Origin: Amphiscolops sp. MND2022
Taxonomy: Eukaryota
NCBI GenBank assembly: GCA_964187785.1
Contig: OZ076413.1
Span: forward strand, 46,874,001 to 46,938,000
DNA length: 64,000 nt
Direction of reading: 5' to 3'
Position numbers and translations under genes: made by a program. The notes under the pieces were generated by a model that had not been told where the DNA came from, ran no database searches, and saw only the letters and a program-made list of their open reading frames with translations. The first letter of the stretch is position 1, and every line of letters starts with the position of its first letter. Shown here piece after piece: positions 61,819 through 64,000 of the stretch.

Positions 61819-62930
61819 TTTTTAGTCGGCGCGTTTTCCTTCTAAGGAAAAATGCCCAAGTATAGCAGTGACCTTTTTTTGTCGGCGCTTTTCTAGTGAA
61901 AAGTGCCCGACACTTACAGTGGCTAGTTTTTTTTCTTTTTTTTTCGTCAGACTACAATCTAACTCTGATTGGGCCACTTTTCTTACAATCGAAACTACTA
62001 GCATAAGGCCAAGTCCGGTCAGCGGAAATTAGTGCAAAAGGGTCCCCCCTTTCATATTTTACTATTTTACCGTAGCCTACAAAACCGGACGAGACTAAAG
62101 GGTCCCCCCTTTCAATTTTTTTTCGGCATTGTGCGACTTTTTTTCAAAAATTTTTTAATGTATCAAAAGAGTCCCCCTTTCGAGTTTTTTGATATTTTGC
62201 AACAGAATATATGTTGATGAAGCCCAAAGGGTCCCCCCTTTTACATTTTTCGGCACTATGCGACATTTTCTGAAAGAAAAAATAGTCAAAATTTTTTTGA
62301 AAAAAAATTTTTGCGCTTCTTGAGCCTTAGATATAGCGCCGACTTTAGACGTTCCCGTCTTGTTTCTTCAGACTACAATCCTCACACTGAAGGGTCCACT
62401 TTTCTTACAATTCTTACAATCTTGAAATCTTACAATTCTTACTTAGCAAATTTAAAATACTGGCGCAAAAGCTTGCGAAGTAGTATTTTTACATCATCTA
62501 AGAAACTCAAAGGGACCAAAGGGTACGCCCTCCTTACAGTATTTTCGGCTCTGTGAGACTTTTTTTTCGAAAAAAAATTTAATGTCTCAAAAGGGTCCCC
62601 CTTTCGAGTTTTCTCATATTTTGCAACTGAATGTATGTTAATCAATCCCAAAGGGTGCCCCCTTCTACATTTTTCGGTACTATGCGACTTTTTTTGAAAG
62701 AAATTTTTTTTTCAAAAATTACAAATTTTTTCCAAAAAAAATGTTTTGCGCTTTTTGAGCCTTAGATATGGCGCCGACTTTAGACGTTCTCGTCTTGTTT
62801 CTTCAGACTACAATCCTCACACTGATCGGTCCACTTTTTAGAAACAATCCTGAAACCACCTAAGGCCAAGGCAAACTTAGTCCAAAGGGTCCCCCCTTTC
62901 ATTTTTTACTTTGTCAAGGAAACCTACAAT
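61819..62930 (+). mobile_element. Head-to-tail HINE array (two complete 3' ends at ~62365 and 62800 plus a partial third unit)
   Basis: GCGCCGACTTTAGACGTTC.CGTCTTGTTT-CTTCAGACTACAATCCTCACACTGA occurs twice. Confidence 0.8.
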
Positions 62931-63030
62931 TTGAAATTTTCATTGAAAGATCGGGGGAAAAAACAATAAAAACGACACGATTGCATAAGTAGTCGAAAAT
63001 TTTTCCGACTCCTAAAAATGCAAGTTGGTT

Positions 63031-63095
63031 TCCAGACGGGATCGATCTCGTAACCACATGTCCCACAAGCACATGCCTTAACCAATAAGCTATGC
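63031..63095 (-). repeat. Degenerate tRNA-derived (SINE head-like) sequence
   Basis: A-box-like TAGCTTATTGG-TTAAGGC and B-box-like AGATCGATCCC; no convincing acceptor stem. Confidence 0.4.
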
Positions 63096-63717
63096 TGTGA
63101 AAGCACACTCGTGGCGCAAAGGACTTAGAAAAATATTTGCAGACAAAAGGTGAAAAACTAATTGGTGATCTTCCTCCTACTCAACAAAAAAGTCTTTTCA
63201 AAGTCCGAAAAAATCATTAGAAAACTTCTCGGAAAAATTTAACTGACTCAATGCATTTAGATTACACATGAGGGTTTATCTTCAGTCCTTATATCAGCAT
63301 GATAATCAGTTTTCTAGAGCACAGAAATATCAATATCCTTCAACAATAAAATTCAGGCTACCCAAACCAGAATGTTTTCCCGGGTAAATCTTGAAATTAA
63401 TTTATCTGGAAATTACTGTGAATCTGTAAGTTTATCGACACTCGCAGTGACAATTTTTTAACCATTGAATATTCAGATCATCAGGGGACTTGAAAAAATC
63501 AATGCATAGTGCTAATTAAGAGACATCTGCAAAAACTGCATATTCTTGATGCATTATCAAAAATTGCTGTAAGAAAACTGAGAAGATTTTAAAACAATAA
63601 ATTTTGTCGAAGTTAAAACTCATCAATTCAGTTCAGGAGTCTGTCATCACTCAGAAGATCAGTTTGACAATTAGTTACAAAGGTGTAATAATTTACAATT
63701 ATTTATAAGCAGCATGT

Positions 63718-64000
63718 TCACTTATTAGCAAACTCAACACCCTTCTTGATGCTACCCTGCAACTCGGGCACAGCAGCATTGATAAGATCTTCCTCGTATT
63801 TCGTGATACCAGACGGAAGTCCAAGATTCTTTTCCATTCCATCCTTGTTGAACTTAATAGGCGTGGAGAAGAAATTCGCGTCAGTGATGGAAGATTCTAC
63901 GAAAGAGCATTCTACAATATTTTGTTCCCCGTTCATAGCTTTGAGAACCGACTCGGCCCATTTGGCGCCAGCGTAGGCCATAGACAAAGTAGCGGATCCA
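63718..64000 (-). CDS. MDH2: Mitochondrial malate dehydrogenase, C-terminal part (runs off window)
   Basis: GSATLSMAYAGA...VECSFVES...FFSTP...PELQGSIKKGVEFA, the conserved MDH2 C terminus, ending TGA. Confidence 0.93.
   Translation of the reverse strand, partial: GSATLSMAYAGAKWAESVLKAMNGEQNIVECSFVESSITDANFFSTPIKFNKDGMEKNLGLPSGITKYEEDLINAAVPELQGSIKKGVEFANK

Overview
AT-rich, repeat-dense eukaryotic (animal-like) genomic DNA with spliceosomal GT-AG introns. It is not prokaryotic and has no CRISPR array. Host genes, all on the minus strand: BRIX1 (intronless CDS); the 3' end of mitochondrial malate dehydrogenase; and three spliced genes rebuilt by hand from splice sites and phase continuity. 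These three are a ~160-aa Cys-rich type I membrane protein, an ~822-aa Ser-rich/coiled-coil protein with a PAM2-like motif, and a ~667-aa protein with a MULE/FAR1-type zinc finger plus HTH but no DDE domain. The rest is mostly mobile DNA: many DINE-1/Helentron-like (HINE) elements, nested MITEs with 8-9 bp TSDs sharing a ~190-bp core, a dismembered CRE-like non-LTR element, LINE, hAT, gypsy and env-like relics, and a decayed Ty1/copia flanked not by LTRs but by an ~860-bp duplication of a host exon region. Top finding: two independent insertions (6790-7211 and 8934-9358, each with its own 4-bp TSD) of a ~425-bp non-autonomous LTR element (TRIM). Each LTR carries a tRNA-like Pol III unit whose 3' end, after CCA addition, is the exact 14-nt complement of the element's own primer-binding site, so the element appears to encode its own reverse-transcription primer. 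All family assignments come from motif recognition by eye; no searches were run.
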